A stretch of 64,000 bases of DNA from Hypanus sabinus (GCF_030144855.1 NC_082722.1:19778001-19842000); one strand, 5' to 3'; shown: positions 1 to 13,530, counted from the first letter of the stretch. A program made the numbers and translations. Notes: generated from the sequence alone by a model not told the origin.

Positions 1-82
1 ATAGTGTATTCGGCCGAGGACACATTTTTATATTCGGCATCTCATATTACCTGTAATGTAAAACTAAGCTGACTTTCATTAG

Positions 83-395
83 AATTGTCTCTTAGGATTT
101 ACCCAGAACCACTGCAGGATAATGTCCACAATGTCCATATCCTCTGCTGGTTAAACTCCTTAAAAATAAACAGACGTCAATGACATCCCGTCGGATCCAA
201 TAGAGAAAATGTGTTACCTGTGACCAAGCAGCTACATAATTTCAGATCTGAGAGGATAGGAGATAAAATTTAATAATGGTGACAAAGCTTCTATGAAAAA
301 GGCATGACATCCCCACAGCTTCGTGGAAATTCGGAAATATAACTGCTCAAAATGGCGTGGTGCTTGACAAGGTCATCACAAACTTAACTCCATGC
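83..395 (+). pseudogene. Degenerate full-length V-type Ig exon relic (NKp30-like spacing)
   Basis: Phase-1 acceptor tttcattag at 82. LSLRIYPEPLQDNVHNVHILC (Cys 145), TGA at 181 where Trp is expected, then after frameshifts KFNNGDKASM, YNC (Cys 344) and TNLT near 378-389. Confidence 0.4.
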
Positions 396-1822
396 GTAGG
401 AAGCGCACGGAAGTTCGGTATTGTTTCATCGCCAACCAAGATGCTCTTGAATATTCAGTGTTGTCCTTTTAGAAATGGATACCAATTTATGCCCTGCCAG
501 GTTAGATACACGGGTGCGTGTTAACCCTTTTTTTTCTGTATCGGGTTAAACTTTTTGCCCAATGGACTATCTATTGTCTCCCGTTTACTTTGTGGAAATG
601 TAGGAGATACTTGAAATAGCAGCATTTCCCCCAGTGGAACTGCTCGTGTGTATTGGCTTTAAAAAGGAGCCTCGGAACTGCAATCAATCATTTGAGGGTT
701 CCTCGATGCGCCCTTTATAGATTTTATCACAGTACCTCTTGAATCTCTGCCATTATTAAACTGAATAACTTGCTGTTAAACTCTAAGCTTTCTATGCATG
801 TGATCAACATCCTATACTCGGAATCTAATTCTATCACAGACAGCATTTCTCACTGCTCTTCGCTGAGTTTTACGTGCGAACTGGTTACAACTGCCAGTAA
901 GGAACCTGAGTAGTATGCGGCCTACTTCGAGAAAAGAGACTGAAATCTGTCACTGGAATAAACTTATGAAGGTTTCGCATTATATGCTTTTGTTTAATGA
1001 AACTTAAGCATTGTAATTGCATGAAAATTGCTGAAGTAAGAAGCCGAATACGCGGCTATATGTCGTTTCTCTTTGACATCAATGCTTAGAATCCAAAATC
1101 ATACCTTGTCCCTGAGACCTATGCATGACGACGTCCAAGGGAATGTACTTGCTGTTCAAACCAGCCTCCTTCATCAATTTCCCTGTTGTTTTACAATCCA
1201 GACATTACGCAGTGGTTCATGAGTCGAACCTTTATAACCAAACCCTAAATGAAATTATGAAGAGAAGCAAAATTTTAATGTATGTGATGCCGTCCCTACC
1301 GTCGCGGCTTAAAGCCTTTTGGCCGTATGAGCGCAACTACTTTACTAGAGAAACCACTAGAGTGCCATTTGACCGAAGGGATTTGACTGAATCAGAGCAA
1401 AACTGCAAAGGTAAATTGGAATGAAAAACTCTGTTATTATTTTTGTCTGCCTATCTTATTAGACATTTTTCAACTCCTAAGCGGATATCCATCTTTACCA
1501 TCAAAATGCGCAGAGCACAGATTTGAATTAATATCTCAATAAAGATTTGGATAATTTCTGAATTGGGCAAGAGGGCAATATTTTCAGCATAGTCACGAAA
1601 GTAATAGGTAGGCCATGTAAATAACTAGAACTGTAAGCGTTCTTATGTCTCTCTCAGTCCAGACAGACTTTAAATCAGAACCACATTATTCTGCATTGCA
1701 GTGGCGTCATCCTACACCATGTTTACATGTTTAATACGTTTCCACCCGAACAGCTTTTCCTCCAGCAAATTCTTTAAAATACCGCTTGCGTTGCAGGAAT
1801 TGGTCGATACGGTTTCTGTAAG

Positions 1823-1877
1823 ATGTCCGAAAATTTTACGGTTTCGTACAAAGCAATTCTGGCTATTACTTGGCTAA
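1823..1877 (+). pseudogene. Gene 1 leader exon MSENFTVSYKAILAITWL
   Basis: 55 nt, A|gtatgc phase 1. Shares M1 S2 T6 V7 L13 A14 W17 with the gene 2 leader. Confidence 0.75.
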
Positions 1878-2080
1878 GTATGCCGATTTGTACAAGCCGT
1901 TTCCAAACTGAGTATTCTATTTTCGAATATTTAATCTTGGGTGCCTGCAGCAAATTTGGTTACAGTGTTCCAGCTATTCGTTCGTCCTTCGCTCTTAGAT
2001 GTCCAGTGAATTACGTCTTCAGTTTTTGTTAATTCATTATGTATAACTGCTATTAACACTCTTGTTTATTTTTCCGGCAG

Positions 2081-2246
2081 CCGTCAAATAACTGCGAGCG
2101 AAGTATCTCAGTTCCCTAGGGACCTGGAAGACCCGGGTGGTGCGAATGCTACCATGTTCTGCAGGTTTCCAATATCAGAATATACTGTCGACGTTTTTTG
2201 GTGGAGGGAAGGCGAGAAGGCATTTTTAGAAAGGGACAGCAGAAGA
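2081..2246 (+). pseudogene. Gene 1 V exon, 5' half
   Basis: Acceptor tttccggcag at 2080. SQFPRDLEDPGGANATMFCRFPISEYTVDVFWWREGEKAFLERDSRR aligns with gene 2. Phase-1 reading hits TAA because one nucleotide is missing. Confidence 0.9.
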
Positions 2247-3911
2247 TATCTCCCAGATGTACGGATGGGCCAAGGGCATAGGGTAACAAAGGAAATGAAA
2301 CAGATTGACATTAGGAAGGAAACGGTCATGAGTAGACTGATGGGACTGAAGGCTGACAAATCGCCAGGTCCAGATGGTCTGCATCCTAGGGTACTAAAGG
2401 AGGTGCCCCTGGAAGTTGCGGATGCATTGGTAATCATTTTCTAATGTTCCTTAGATGCAGGATCATTTCCTGAGGATTGGAGAATGGCTAATGTTAATCC
2501 ACTTTTTTTGAAAGTAGAGAGGGAGAAAACAGAGAAATATCGTCCTATCAGCCTAACATCAGTAGTGGGGAAGATGCTAGAGTCCATTATTAACGATGAA
2601 ATAGTGGCATATCTAGAGAGCAGTGATAGGACTGGGCCGAGCCAGCATGGATTTACCAAGGGCATATCATGCTTGACTAATCTATTAGAGTTTTTCGAGG
2701 ATGTAACCAGGAAGTTAGACAACGGAGATCCAGTGGATGTAGTGTACCTCGATTTTCAGAAGGCATTTGATAACGTCCCACATAGGAAATTGGTGGGTAA
2801 AATCAGAGTTCATGGCATTGGGGGGAACATATTGAAATGGATAGAAAACTGGATGGCAGATAGAAAGCAAAGGATAACGGTGAATGGGTGTTTCTCGGAA
2901 CGGCAGGTGGTAACTAGTGGGGTGCCACAGGGCTCGGTATTAGGACCACAGCTGTTTACGATTTACATCAACGATTTAGATGAAGGCAAGTTTGCTGATG
3001 ATACACACTGCGTGGCAGTGCGACATGTGATGAGGATGTTAGGAGAATTCAGGGTGACTTGGATACGCTGAGCGAGTGGGCAGGTACTTGGCCGATAATG
3101 ATTAAGTGTGAGGTTATCCACTTTAGGAATAAGAACAAGAAGGCAGATTATTATCTGAACGGTGTAGAGTTAGGTAAGGGAGAAATACAAAGAGATCTAG
3201 GAGTACTTGTTCATCAGTCACTAAAGGTGAATGACCAAGTGCAGCAGGCAGTGAAGAAGGCTAATGAAATGTTGGCCTTTACTACAAAGGGAATTGAGGA
3301 CAAGAGCAAAGAAATCCTTTTGACTTTGTACAGGGCACTGGTGAGAACACACCTGGAGTATTGTGTATAGATTTGGTCTCCAGGGTTAAGGAAGGACATC
3401 CTGGCTGTAGAGGAAGTGCAGCGTAGATACACGAGGTTAATTCCTGGGATGTCTGGACAGTCTTATGCAGAGAGGTTAGAGAGACTGGGCTTGTACACGC
3501 TGGAATTAAGGAGATTGAGAGGGGATCTTATTGGAACATATAAGATTATTAAGGGATTGGACAAGATAGAGGCAGAAAACATGTTCCAGATGCTGGGAGA
3601 GTCCAGTGCCAGAGGGCATGGTTTGAGAATAAGGGGTAGGTCATTTAGGACAGAGTTAAGGAAAAACTTCTTCTCCCAGAGAGTTGTGGGGGTCTCGAAT
3701 GCACTGCCTCGGAAGGCAGTGGAGGCCAATTCTCTGGATGCTTTCAAGAAGGAGCTAGATAGTTATCTCATGGATAGTGGAATCAAGGGATATGGGGACA
3801 TGGCAGGAATCGGGTATTGATAGCAGATGATCAGCCAAGACTTCAGAATGGCGGTGCAGGCTCGAATGGCCGAATGGTCTACTTCTGCACCTATTGTCTA
3901 TTGTCTATTGA
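2247..3911 (+). mobile_element. 5'-truncated young CR1 LINE inserted in the gene 1 V exon
   Basis: RT motifs ([51 protein letters not shown]), 3' UTR and (CTATTGT)n tail. Removing it rejoins DSRR|HF. Confidence 0.95.
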
Positions 3912-4050
3912 CATTTTACTGTAGAAAGGGGAAGGGGAACACTTGTATTCTGGAATGTCAAAGTTCCCGACTCCAGAATGTATTTCCGTGAAGCAAACTA
4001 TGGGGAACAATCTTTCAGAAGTGGAATTGGCACCAACCTCACTCTATTTG
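3912..4050 (+). pseudogene. Gene 1 V exon, 3' half with J motif
   Basis: Begins right after the CR1 tail: HFTVERGRGTLVFWNVKVPDSRMYFREANYGEQSFRSGIGTNLTLF, gap-free alignment to gene 2. Confidence 0.9.
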
Positions 4051-4469
4051 TTGCGTGTGGCTGTTTTGAGGTTTCGGCTATGTGCATTTTACAACAAGCA
4101 AGGTTAGTATTGTTTTACAAGCAAGAGTCTGAAATAATTTTAATATTAACATGAATAGCTGGAGTTGGATAACTCGATTCGTCATCACAGAGTACGCAAA
4201 ATATTAATGCTTCAATAGAATAATTACTATGCAGCAGCAAAATGCTCCATTTCCACTTCAACAAGTAGAGAGGAATAATACCCAGCTCCAAACGAGTTAA
4301 TTCCAACATCAAGTAACAATTTGTCGCAAGCACTGCAAATTGTCATTCCAGATTTTGTCACGCAGGATTAGCAAATCCATATTTCTTTCACCACACAACA
4401 TGGGGAGAAATAGAGCCCTCTCAAGTTCGAGGTGAATTTTAAACATCACCGTCTGAGTGAAGACGTTTC

Positions 4470-6400
4470 CCCTCAGGTTCGCCTTTACTACTTCTCATTT
4501 CACTCTTAAGCTATGACTTCTAATTACATACTCACACAACAGTGGATGAAGTAGGCTGACATGCACCAAATCTACATTCCTCATAATTTTCTAAACTTCC
4601 AGCAAATGTTTGCTCGTTCTCTTACGAATCATGGAAAAAATCCTAACCTGCTAAACCTTTCCTCATAATTCATGTCCTCAAATTCATGCCACATCTTTGT
4701 AAGTTTTCTTTATACTAATTCAATCATATTGATAACTTTCCTCCAGATAGGTCACCAGAATTGCGAACAATACTCCAAATTTGTTCTGACTAACGTCGAA
4801 TACAACTTTAGCATAGCATCCTAACTTCTACACTTAATACTACGATATATGAAGGTCAATGTGACAAAGGTTATCTTAACGATGCCATCCGCCTTTGACA
4901 CCTCTTTCAATGAATTATCGATCAATATTCCAAGATCATGTTATACCGCACTACTCAAAGCCAGTCTCGTTCATTGTGTATATCCGAGACTGGTTTGTCT
5001 TCTCAAAATGCAGCAACTTACAATTAGCTTCATTAAATCCTGTCTGCCATTTTCAGCCCTCCTGATACATAAAATGCTGCAAGCTTCGAGAGCCATCCGA
5101 CACAGCACTTCTTAAATGCCTTCGTTCAGAGACAACCATCTACTACCATATTCTGCATTCTCCCGCGAAGCCAACGTTAGATACAACATACTTCTGTTAC
5201 GGATTCAGGCAACAATAAATATATAAGTTAGGCAAGGGTTTTTATAACAAACAACACGTTTATTAAACACTGAAAACAAACCCCCAAAAGTAAACAAACA
5301 CTAACGTAACCGGAAATCAGCTGCTGTGCGGCAACAGAAACAGTCCTTAAAGCGATGCAGCTCAAACAGTTCTTAAAGCGATGTTGCAAAAACAGTTCTT
5401 TAAAGTAGTATTGCCAAAAGTTCGAAATGCTCACAGTCCATTTAAGGGAGAGACTTTTTAAGATGATTTAAATTCTCTTTCACGTGGCTTTGCTTCAGTC
5501 CCCGGAGTCGAACTCTTTCCCACGAAGAATTTACGAAACGTAACGGATTAAAGGCACTGACTTTTCCTTTATCACACTCTCCTCAATCTTTTCTGTTATC
5601 CCGCAGAGATTGACACGAGAACAGTCAACGAATTCCTTCCGAATAAGGATTAAACAAGGTCGAACCCGTTTCACCGTCGAAATAGATTCTCCTCGATCTT
5701 TAACTCCCGAACTCCGATATTCACTGATTCTCAACTAGCAGTATTGTAAAGAAACTGCTGGCAATGACCTTTTAAACTTTAGGCATTAGATAAAACTTCA
5801 TCTTTCAACTTGACTGCGTCATCACATTAAATCACGCAGTGGCATGAAGTCAACATGGCAAATCCCGCCACGAACTGCCCCTCCTCATAGGGTGGGGTCT
5901 TCCTTTTATACCCTGTAAAAAAAACCTGTCACATGATCTCTACTGGCGGGAAAATGACGTCACTCCACCATCACAAGAACATTACCTCAAGTCCAGTATA
6001 GCTTCAACCCCAGTCACGTGACAAGGGTGCCCCTGTCATGTGTCACGAGTACGTAATACTTCTTCATCCTGAATGCCAAGCGAATGTACTTGATCAGCCT
6101 ACCACCTCCATGCAGAACTCTCAGTTTAGCCCTTGCTAAACTCCATGTTGACCATATCCATTGTTATCCTTCATCAAGATCCATGGTAACTCACTCGAAA
6201 AGCTCATTAAGATAGGTTACACACAGCCTACCTTGCACAAAACAATGTTGTTTATTCTGAATGCAGCCCAGTCTATCTATATATTTATCTGTGCCATTCT
6301 TTAGAATAACTTCCAAAAATTACCCACTTTTCTGCAACACCAACTAGTCTATAACACCCCGGCTTATTCCAGGAGTCCATCTTGAACAAAGGCAAAAGTA
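4470..6400 (-). mobile_element. Old degenerate CR1 fragments, interrupted by a solo LTR
   Basis: Decayed CR1 3' UTR and RT-like sequence on both sides of 5195-6058. Confidence 0.55.
5195..6058 (-). mobile_element. Solo LTR (Gypsy-like), 864 bp
   Basis: Ends TGTTACG...CGTAATA, flanked by CTTC (5191-5194 and 6059-6062). On the - strand, TATA-like gggtataaaagg near 5900-5912 and AATAAA near 5260. Confidence 0.75.
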
Positions 6401-9350
6401 GAGACATAATTGGAGAGCAAGTAATTTGAGAAACTGAGAGATCTGAAAGTAGGTAATTCAGCTAGACCAGATGATGTACATCCCAGGATTCTGATAAAAG
6501 TTGCTGATGAGATTGTGGAGGAAATAGTGAAGGTCTTTCAATAGTTACTAGATTCATGAATGGTTCGAATAGACTGGAAAATTGCAAATGTCACTCCACT
6601 CTGCAAGTAGGGAGAGAAGCATGAAAAGGGAAACTGTAGTCCAGTTACTCTACCTCACTGGTTGACAAGATGCTGCAGTCCGTTCTTAAGGATCAGGCCG
6701 TAGGTTACCTGGAGGAACATAATAAAACACGTCATATTAAGAATGATTTCCTGAAGGGAAACTCTCGCCAAACAAATCTGATTGGATTATTTGAACGAAT
6801 GAAAATCAGGATTGATAAAGGTATGTAGAATCGGATGTTCTGCACTTAGTTTTCCAGAAGGCCTTTGACAAGGTACCATGCCCAAGCTGTTGAACTAGCT
6901 ATGAGCCCAAAGAATTGCAAGAAAGATTCTAGGCTGGATAAAGCAGTGGCTGGTTGGTAAGAGACAAAGATTGGGAATAAAGGGAGCACATTTTGGTTGG
7001 CTGCCCGTGACTAATAGTGTTCCACAGGTGTCTGTGTTGTGACTAATACTTTTAAGGTTATATGTCAATTATAAGGCTAATAGAATTGATGCCTCTGTTG
7101 CAAAGCGTGCAGACGATATGAAGAGAGGCAGACAGGCAGGTAGCTTTTTAAGAAATAGATAGGCTACAGAAGGACTTAGACGGATAAGTAGAATAGGTAA
7201 AGAAGTGGCAGATAGAATGCAGTGTCGACAAGTGTGTGGTCATGCCCTTTGGTAGAGGATATGAAAGTTTTGAATATTTTCTAACTGGATAGAAAATACA
7301 AAAACATGGATGGGCAAAGGGACTTCCGAGTCTGTGTGCAGTATTCCATACGTTAATTTGTAGGTTCAGTCTGTGGTCATGAAGTTAAATACAATAAGAG
7401 CATTCATTTCAAGAACACGAGCATCTAATAGCAAGGATGTAATGTTGAGACTATATAAAGTAGCAGTGAGGCGTCACGACACATTGTGAGTAGTTTTAGA
7501 CCCCTTATAGACAATAGGCAATAAGTACAGAAGTAGACCATTCGGTAGAGCTTGCACCGACATTTTGAGATCATGGCTGATCATCTACTATCAATACCCG
7601 GTTCCTGCCTTGTCCCCATATCCCTTGATTCCCCTATCCATAATATACCTATCCAGCTCCTTCTTGAAAGCATCCAGAGAACTGGCCTCCATTGCTTTCT
7701 GAGGCAGTGCATTCCAGACCCCCAAAACTCTCTGGGAGAGGAAGTTTTTCCTTAACTTTGTCTTAAATAACCCACCCATTGTTCTCAAACCATGCCCTCT
7801 GATACTGGACTCTACTCTATCTTGTCCAATCCCTTAATAATCTTATATGTTGCAATCAGATCCCCTCTGAATCTCCTTAATTCCAGCGTGTACAAGCCCA
7901 GTCTCTCTAACCTCTCTGCGTAAGACAGTGCAGACATCACAGGAATTAACCTTGTGAATCTATGCTGCGCTTCCTGTACAGCTAGGATGTCCTTCCTTAA
8001 CCCTGGAGACCAAAACTGTACACAGTACTCCAGGTGTGGTCTCATCAGGACCCTGTACCAATGCAAAAGGATTTCCTTGCTCTTATCCTCAATTTCCTTT
8101 GTAATAAAGGCCAACATTCCATTAGCCTTCTTCAGTGCCTGCTGCACTTGCTCATTCACCTTCAGTGACTGATGAACAAGTACTCCTAGATCTCTTTTTA
8201 TTTCTCCATTGCCTAAATCTACACCGTTCAGATAATAATCTGCCTTCCTGTTCTTATTCCTAAAGTGGGTAACCTCACACTTATTCACATTAAACGTCAT
8301 CTGCCAAGTATCTGCCTACTCACCCAGCCTATCCAAGTCACCCTGAATTCTCCTAACATCCTCATCACATGTCACACTGCCACCCAGCTTAGTATCATAA
8401 GCAAACTTGCGGATGTTATTCTCAATGCCTTCATCTAAATCGTTGATGTAAATCGTAAACTGCTGTGGTCCCAATACCGAGCCCTGTGGCACCCCACTAG
8501 TCACCACCTGCCGTTCCGAGAAACACCCATTCACCGTTATCCTTTGCTTTCTATCTGCTATCCAGTTTTCTATCCATGTCAATATCTTCCCCCAATGCCA
8601 TCAGCTCTGATTTTAGCTACCAATCTCCTATGTGGGACTTTATCAAATGCCTTCTGCAAATCGAGGTACGCTGCATCCACTGGATCTCCCTTGTTTAACT
8701 TCCTGGTTACATCCTCGAAAAATTCCAATAGATTGGTCAAGCATGATTTGCCCTTGGTAAATCCATGCTGGCTCTGCCCAATCCTATCACTGCTATCTTG
8801 GAAAGAATTTGATGAAACTGGAAATTCAATGGTGGTTCAGAACAATGGTTCCAGAATTAAATAGCTAGTCATATATGAGCGTTTTATGCCTCTGGGCCTA
8901 TTTTCACTAGAATTCAGAAAAAAAAATAGGGACGGCCGCATGGAAACTTATTGAAAAGTGAAAGTACTTGGTAGAGTGGTGGTGGAGAGAATGTCTTCTA
9001 CTGTGGGAGAATATAGTACCAGAGAATGTAGCCTCAGAATAGAGGAGCATCATTTTAAAAAAGAAGATAAAGAATAATGACTGTCGCTAGAGAGTGGAGA
9101 ACGTGTGGATTTTTTTCTTTTTTTTTTGCCACGGGCAGCTATGGAGACCAAGTCTTTATGGATATGTAAAGCAGAGGTGATAGATTCTTGATTTGTAAGA
9201 GCATAAACAGTTACTGCAGGAGAGTGATGACGAGCATGACTGCAGGAGAGTGGGGCTGAGAAGAAATTATTAGCTATGATGAAATGGCACAGATAAAACT
9301 CGGTGGGCCAAATGGTCTAATTCGTCTCTTATATTCAATAGTCATAAGGC
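6400..9350 (+). mobile_element. Old CR1 (6400-7509 and 8797-9350) split by a younger CR1
   Basis: Degenerate RT; ccccttat before the insert continues as cttggaaag after it. Confidence 0.7.
7510..8796 (-). mobile_element. Young CR1 LINE, 5'-truncated
   Basis: RT ORF pieces 7591-8582 closely match 2484-3820; tail remnant agacaatagg at 7510. Confidence 0.9.
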
Positions 9351-10795
9351 CATAAAACATTGGTTATACTCTAGTTCTCCTCACGCACGGGTAAGGGCAT
9401 TCTGAATAGCTCTGCCGGGGCCCTTTCACTTTCGGCACTAGCCTCCAACGAGGTCAGATGGGACACCTTGCCATGTTTTGGGGAGTTCTGCACCCAAATT
9501 TGCTTCAAGGCTGTAATCCGTATATGGACCAGGGCATGGCTTCTGTTTTGTCTTAGTTGTATATCCTCCGAGTACGTCTCCCGAGTAAATACAAATAGAA
9601 TTATATCAGATCTCTCCCTTCCTCCCCATCTATTTCCGCTCAATGCATTTTTGAACCCGCTGATCTTCAAATCGATCAAACTCTTCTGTCGCTATAACTT
9701 TATGGCGAGTGTATCTGCAGAAGCCCTTTTTTTTTACCCATAGGATTTTCTTTCACCTAGAATTTGAGAAGTGCAAGAATGGTGACGTCCGGATAGGTGT
9801 GGGAAGCGGAGTCGGGCAACCGTGAGCTCCGGATGGGTTTTGCAGGCAGAGCGAAATCCTAACTGCAGTGATAAGCAGAGAAATCAATCTATCTATTGAA
9901 TCACCCCTGTTACCTAACGACCATAGCTGTAGCAGAAGCAGTCCACGTTTACGAAACCTTAAAATTGGGCCCATCATTGCCAGAAACGATCCTATAGCAG
10001 TGCCAAGTCACTATCGACAATTTTGCTGCAGGACTTCAGGCTTTAGAAAGTAGAATCAATGGCTTAATGTCAGTTTGCATTTGCGTTCCCGGTTGTTTCA
10101 CGGAGGATATGTTTTACCACATTCAATACGGAGGAACTGTTGCAGGAATGGTTCACATTCCGGGAAAAGCTCCATTTCTGAATGCTTATAACAGGAAACC
10201 TTAACCTCAAGGCCTGGAACACTCCCTAAGCAGTTGAGCGACCAGAATATAAAACTCCATGTGCATTTGTACTACAGAAATCTGTGATATTTTGGGTTTT
10301 GTAGCTCAGTATTGATACAAAAAGCAAAATCCAAAAGTAGCCAGCTTTTCAAAGCTAACGGCCGCTGCAAGCCCGAATGTGCAAAAAAAAAACCTCAAAT
10401 ACTATTCAAAATGTCTTCCTCACTTCGGACCTCCGAGCTTCACCGTCGAAGTGTATTCTCTGTACTCTTCCTTTCATCTGTTTCCCAAGGTGACTGTATT
10501 TATTCTACTTATTTAGTGTTCTGGATGGTAGCTACATGTTCTGTGCATGAGTATATATACTGTATTGTATTTTACAACTTGGCTCCAGAACAACAGAGTT
10601 TCTCTTAGTGGTGTGTGCGCATGGTTGAGCAACAATAAACAGAACATGAAATTGGAAGAATTTATTAAATACTGGTTAATACTGCCGGGTAACTAATTTG
10701 ATAGTTAGAACGTTACGCTAGTTGGCGCAGAGATGAAGATACCTGCACTGAAATAGATCGAAAATACCCAATATTACTTTGTATTTTTACTCAAG

Positions 10796-11089
10796 CTCCT
10801 CCAACTCCATTGGAAATTGTTCCTGTTGGAGGGTTTTCATCTCCTCGAAAGCTTCTTTGTAAAACGTCGGCCTTCTACCCAGAGAAATTAGAAATCGTTT
10901 GGCAAAGAAATAACAAACAAATTCACACTGGAATACAGAGTGTAACAAATCGGAGCGTGGATGGCATATACGAAGCTTGTAGTTTATTGGAAGTCACGCA
11001 GTCTACATGGGGAAAACATATTTACACCTGTCTGGTGTCGCATGTCTCCCTCAGGGTGCCTGCCTGTTTCAGCTACATCCTGGAGCAAG
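10796..11089 (+). pseudogene. Gene 1 C1 exon (open frame, intact splice sites)
   Basis: tttttactcaag|CT ... CAA G|gtaaga, 294 nt. LLCKTSAFYPEKLEIVW ... YTCLVSHVSL; 61/97 aa identical to gene 2 by manual count. Confidence 0.95.
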
Positions 11090-11695
11090 GTAAGATGGTG
11101 TCTTGATGAGGTCATGATGTTGGGTCTCGGCCTTCAAAGTCGACACTTTAGATTTGCCTGATCGGCTGAATTCTTCCAGGATTTTATGTGTTACTCAGGT
11201 TTTCAGCATGTTCAGAATCTTTTGCGCTCAATGTAAGATGGAAGTGCTTATAAGTCATAGTGGTGGGGTTAATGTGACCTTCTAAGAACAGTACCTGAAC
11301 AGCTACCCAAACAGGGAAGAACGACTAATCTTGAAGCTTAGTAATTAACATGGAATATTAAACGTGAAAGGCGTTCAAAAGTTAATGTCTTGTTCCCGTC
11401 TGTGTAAATCGCGTAGGACGAATTAATAAATTAAATTCGTGCAGTATTTGTAAGGTAGCAAACGTCTGGACATTGGCTCAAAATATGACAAAGCAAAATA
11501 TAAACTCTAAAACACATAGTGATGTAACAAATGTGGGGATATACATTTCGTATCTTACGACATATTCTCCGATCGTGTGTAGTGAGATTTGAAACGAGCC
11601 TATAAAATATTTTGCATTGTTGAATCTCGTGTGCATTTGTTTTTAGATGAATAAATGCTTCACAGTTTCTTCTTTTCCCCCAGTTCATCCACAAG

Positions 11696-11794
11696 GTGCT
11701 GATACTAAATTGATTCTCGCATATACAATGGACGGTTTGGCAATTTTAGCACTGATAATAGTTTTGGTGAGAGTCAACTTAAAAAGATTGCACG
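11696..11794 (+). pseudogene. Gene 1 TM exon (Asp at the position of the gene 2 Arg)
   Basis: acaag|GT ... CAC G|gtaaga; GADTKLILAYTMDGLAILALIIVLVRVNLKRLH. A stronger in-frame acceptor 12 nt upstream (ttcttttcccccag, exon start 11684) would add VHPQ. Confidence 0.9.
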
Positions 11795-13089
11795 GTAAGA
11801 ACTCTGATTGCTGAGAAACATTACTTCTATTCGTCCAAACAGACGTGTAAATGACATTTCATTTCAAAACAGTAAATGTCCTTTCCAAAATGATTGGACA
11901 TGGATCGCGATTTTCGAAGTCAGATTGCAGTAATAATATTCGGTTACAATAGAAGCTAGATCTTAAAATTCAACTATTTCATCAGTCCACTCGAAGTATT
12001 ACACATCTCATTCACAAATGCTTTTCAATGAGGTTGGAGGTCTTCAGCTGTTTTAAACACAACGGCAGATCTATATTCTGAAGCGTAAAGAATATTGACG
12101 AACTCGTGCATATTTCATTGATTTTAATTTCCATTTCAGCGACCGTATTGAATTGTAGCACAACCACTGATATGCTATTATCACGTTATGGCTTCGTTAA
12201 AAGTCAGTTTATTGAGCATAGTGCTAAGAGGTAGTCGCGGAACACACTGCATTAGGACAACTGATAACACCAAATGCTTTCATCGTATCCGTACCTTGAG
12301 CAGTTCCTCTTACACAGTGAATTCAACTGGTATTAATCGAATAATATCCAAATTTTACACTACAAATATATATTTTTTATATTTCTTAAGGGATTAGCCC
12401 AACTTCTTTCACCGTCAGTCAGAATGAAGAGCCGATAGGTGAACTGGCTCGTCTTCCTTCAGAGCCACGTATACGCATAGTAGTGATATTACAAATTTAT
12501 TTTGATCCATAGCATTTTGGAATGCAGTAGGGAAGAATGAAACCATTCTCGCTGACAACTCTTTATTTTGAAGTATATATCCAAGATCTTTTTGAATATT
12601 CCTGTTGAATATGCTTCCTTTCGTCTTTGAGAATTCCACACCAGTTCATAACCGGTTGTATTTAGGAGCACGGTAATATTAACTAAAGAAAGTTAAGATG
12701 ATAATCATACTTCGTGTGACGAAAAATTAAACACAAATCTAAGACTGCGATGTTTTAGATGTCAAATGTCGGTTTACGAGAATCGCGGTGTAGTGCCAAT
12801 CAGAAAATACAGTACACACACTAATCATTTCGAAATATATGTTACATTTCATTTGTACGCACAGTAAGCAAGATTAAAAATTCAATGCAATCTTGTTTTG
12901 GAAAGTCAAATGCAGTTTTTAACCCCGATTCCCTGCAAAGTCCCACACAGTCATGCGTAACCTGCAATGTAATCAAATATAGAAGAAGAAGACCGTGTAG
13001 CATCTGGTGCACAATCATACCCAAACCAAACTTCACAAGACACCTTCTACTCCATGAGGCTACGCTGAATGATGGTCATCCTCAATTTC

Positions 13090-13530
13090 GTTCTTTCTTT
13101 TTTAATCATTTTATTAATTTTCAAATTCATGAACATAACAACAATAATAGTACAAAGAGACTGGGATTACATTATTGGTAAATAGCATATGCAAATAAAA
13201 GCTACAGATTACACAAGCGTACTAACCCTCCCAATCTCTTAATGTAATTAAACATGATTAAAAAAAATAAAAATCTCAAAAACCCAAATTAAAGAAAAAA
13301 CGAAAAAACTAAAGTAAACTGAGCTAAACAGAACTAAACTAAACAATGCTGGGCTATTATAGTACATCAGATACAATAATCAATATCATTAACTCATCTC
13401 CTCTGTCTATATATTTAATGTTAATAAAAAGGATTCGGAAAAGGTCAAGTTGCATCATATGAAAATGTTGAATAAATGGTCCCCAAGTTCTTCAAATTTA
13501 ACTGAATGGTCCAAAGTGACACTTCAGATT
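13090..13530 (-). mobile_element. L1/Tx1-like 3' end, absent from the gene 2 paralog
   Basis: A-rich 3' UTR in reverse and ...GPFIQHFHMM C-terminal-like sequence. Flanks (13080, about 13570) align to contiguous 37555-37600. Confidence 0.5.

Noticed and set aside
1700-1709. AGTGGCGTCA, one mismatch to the CRE-like TCR V-beta promoter decamer, about 120 nt before the gene 1 ATG
   Set aside because: Short, imperfect and not seen upstream of gene 2.
11925-11965. - strand DLASIVTEYYYC resembling a V-domain F strand
   Set aside because: Not conserved in the paralog (EYYH*), AT-rich context, and no upstream Cys/Trp.
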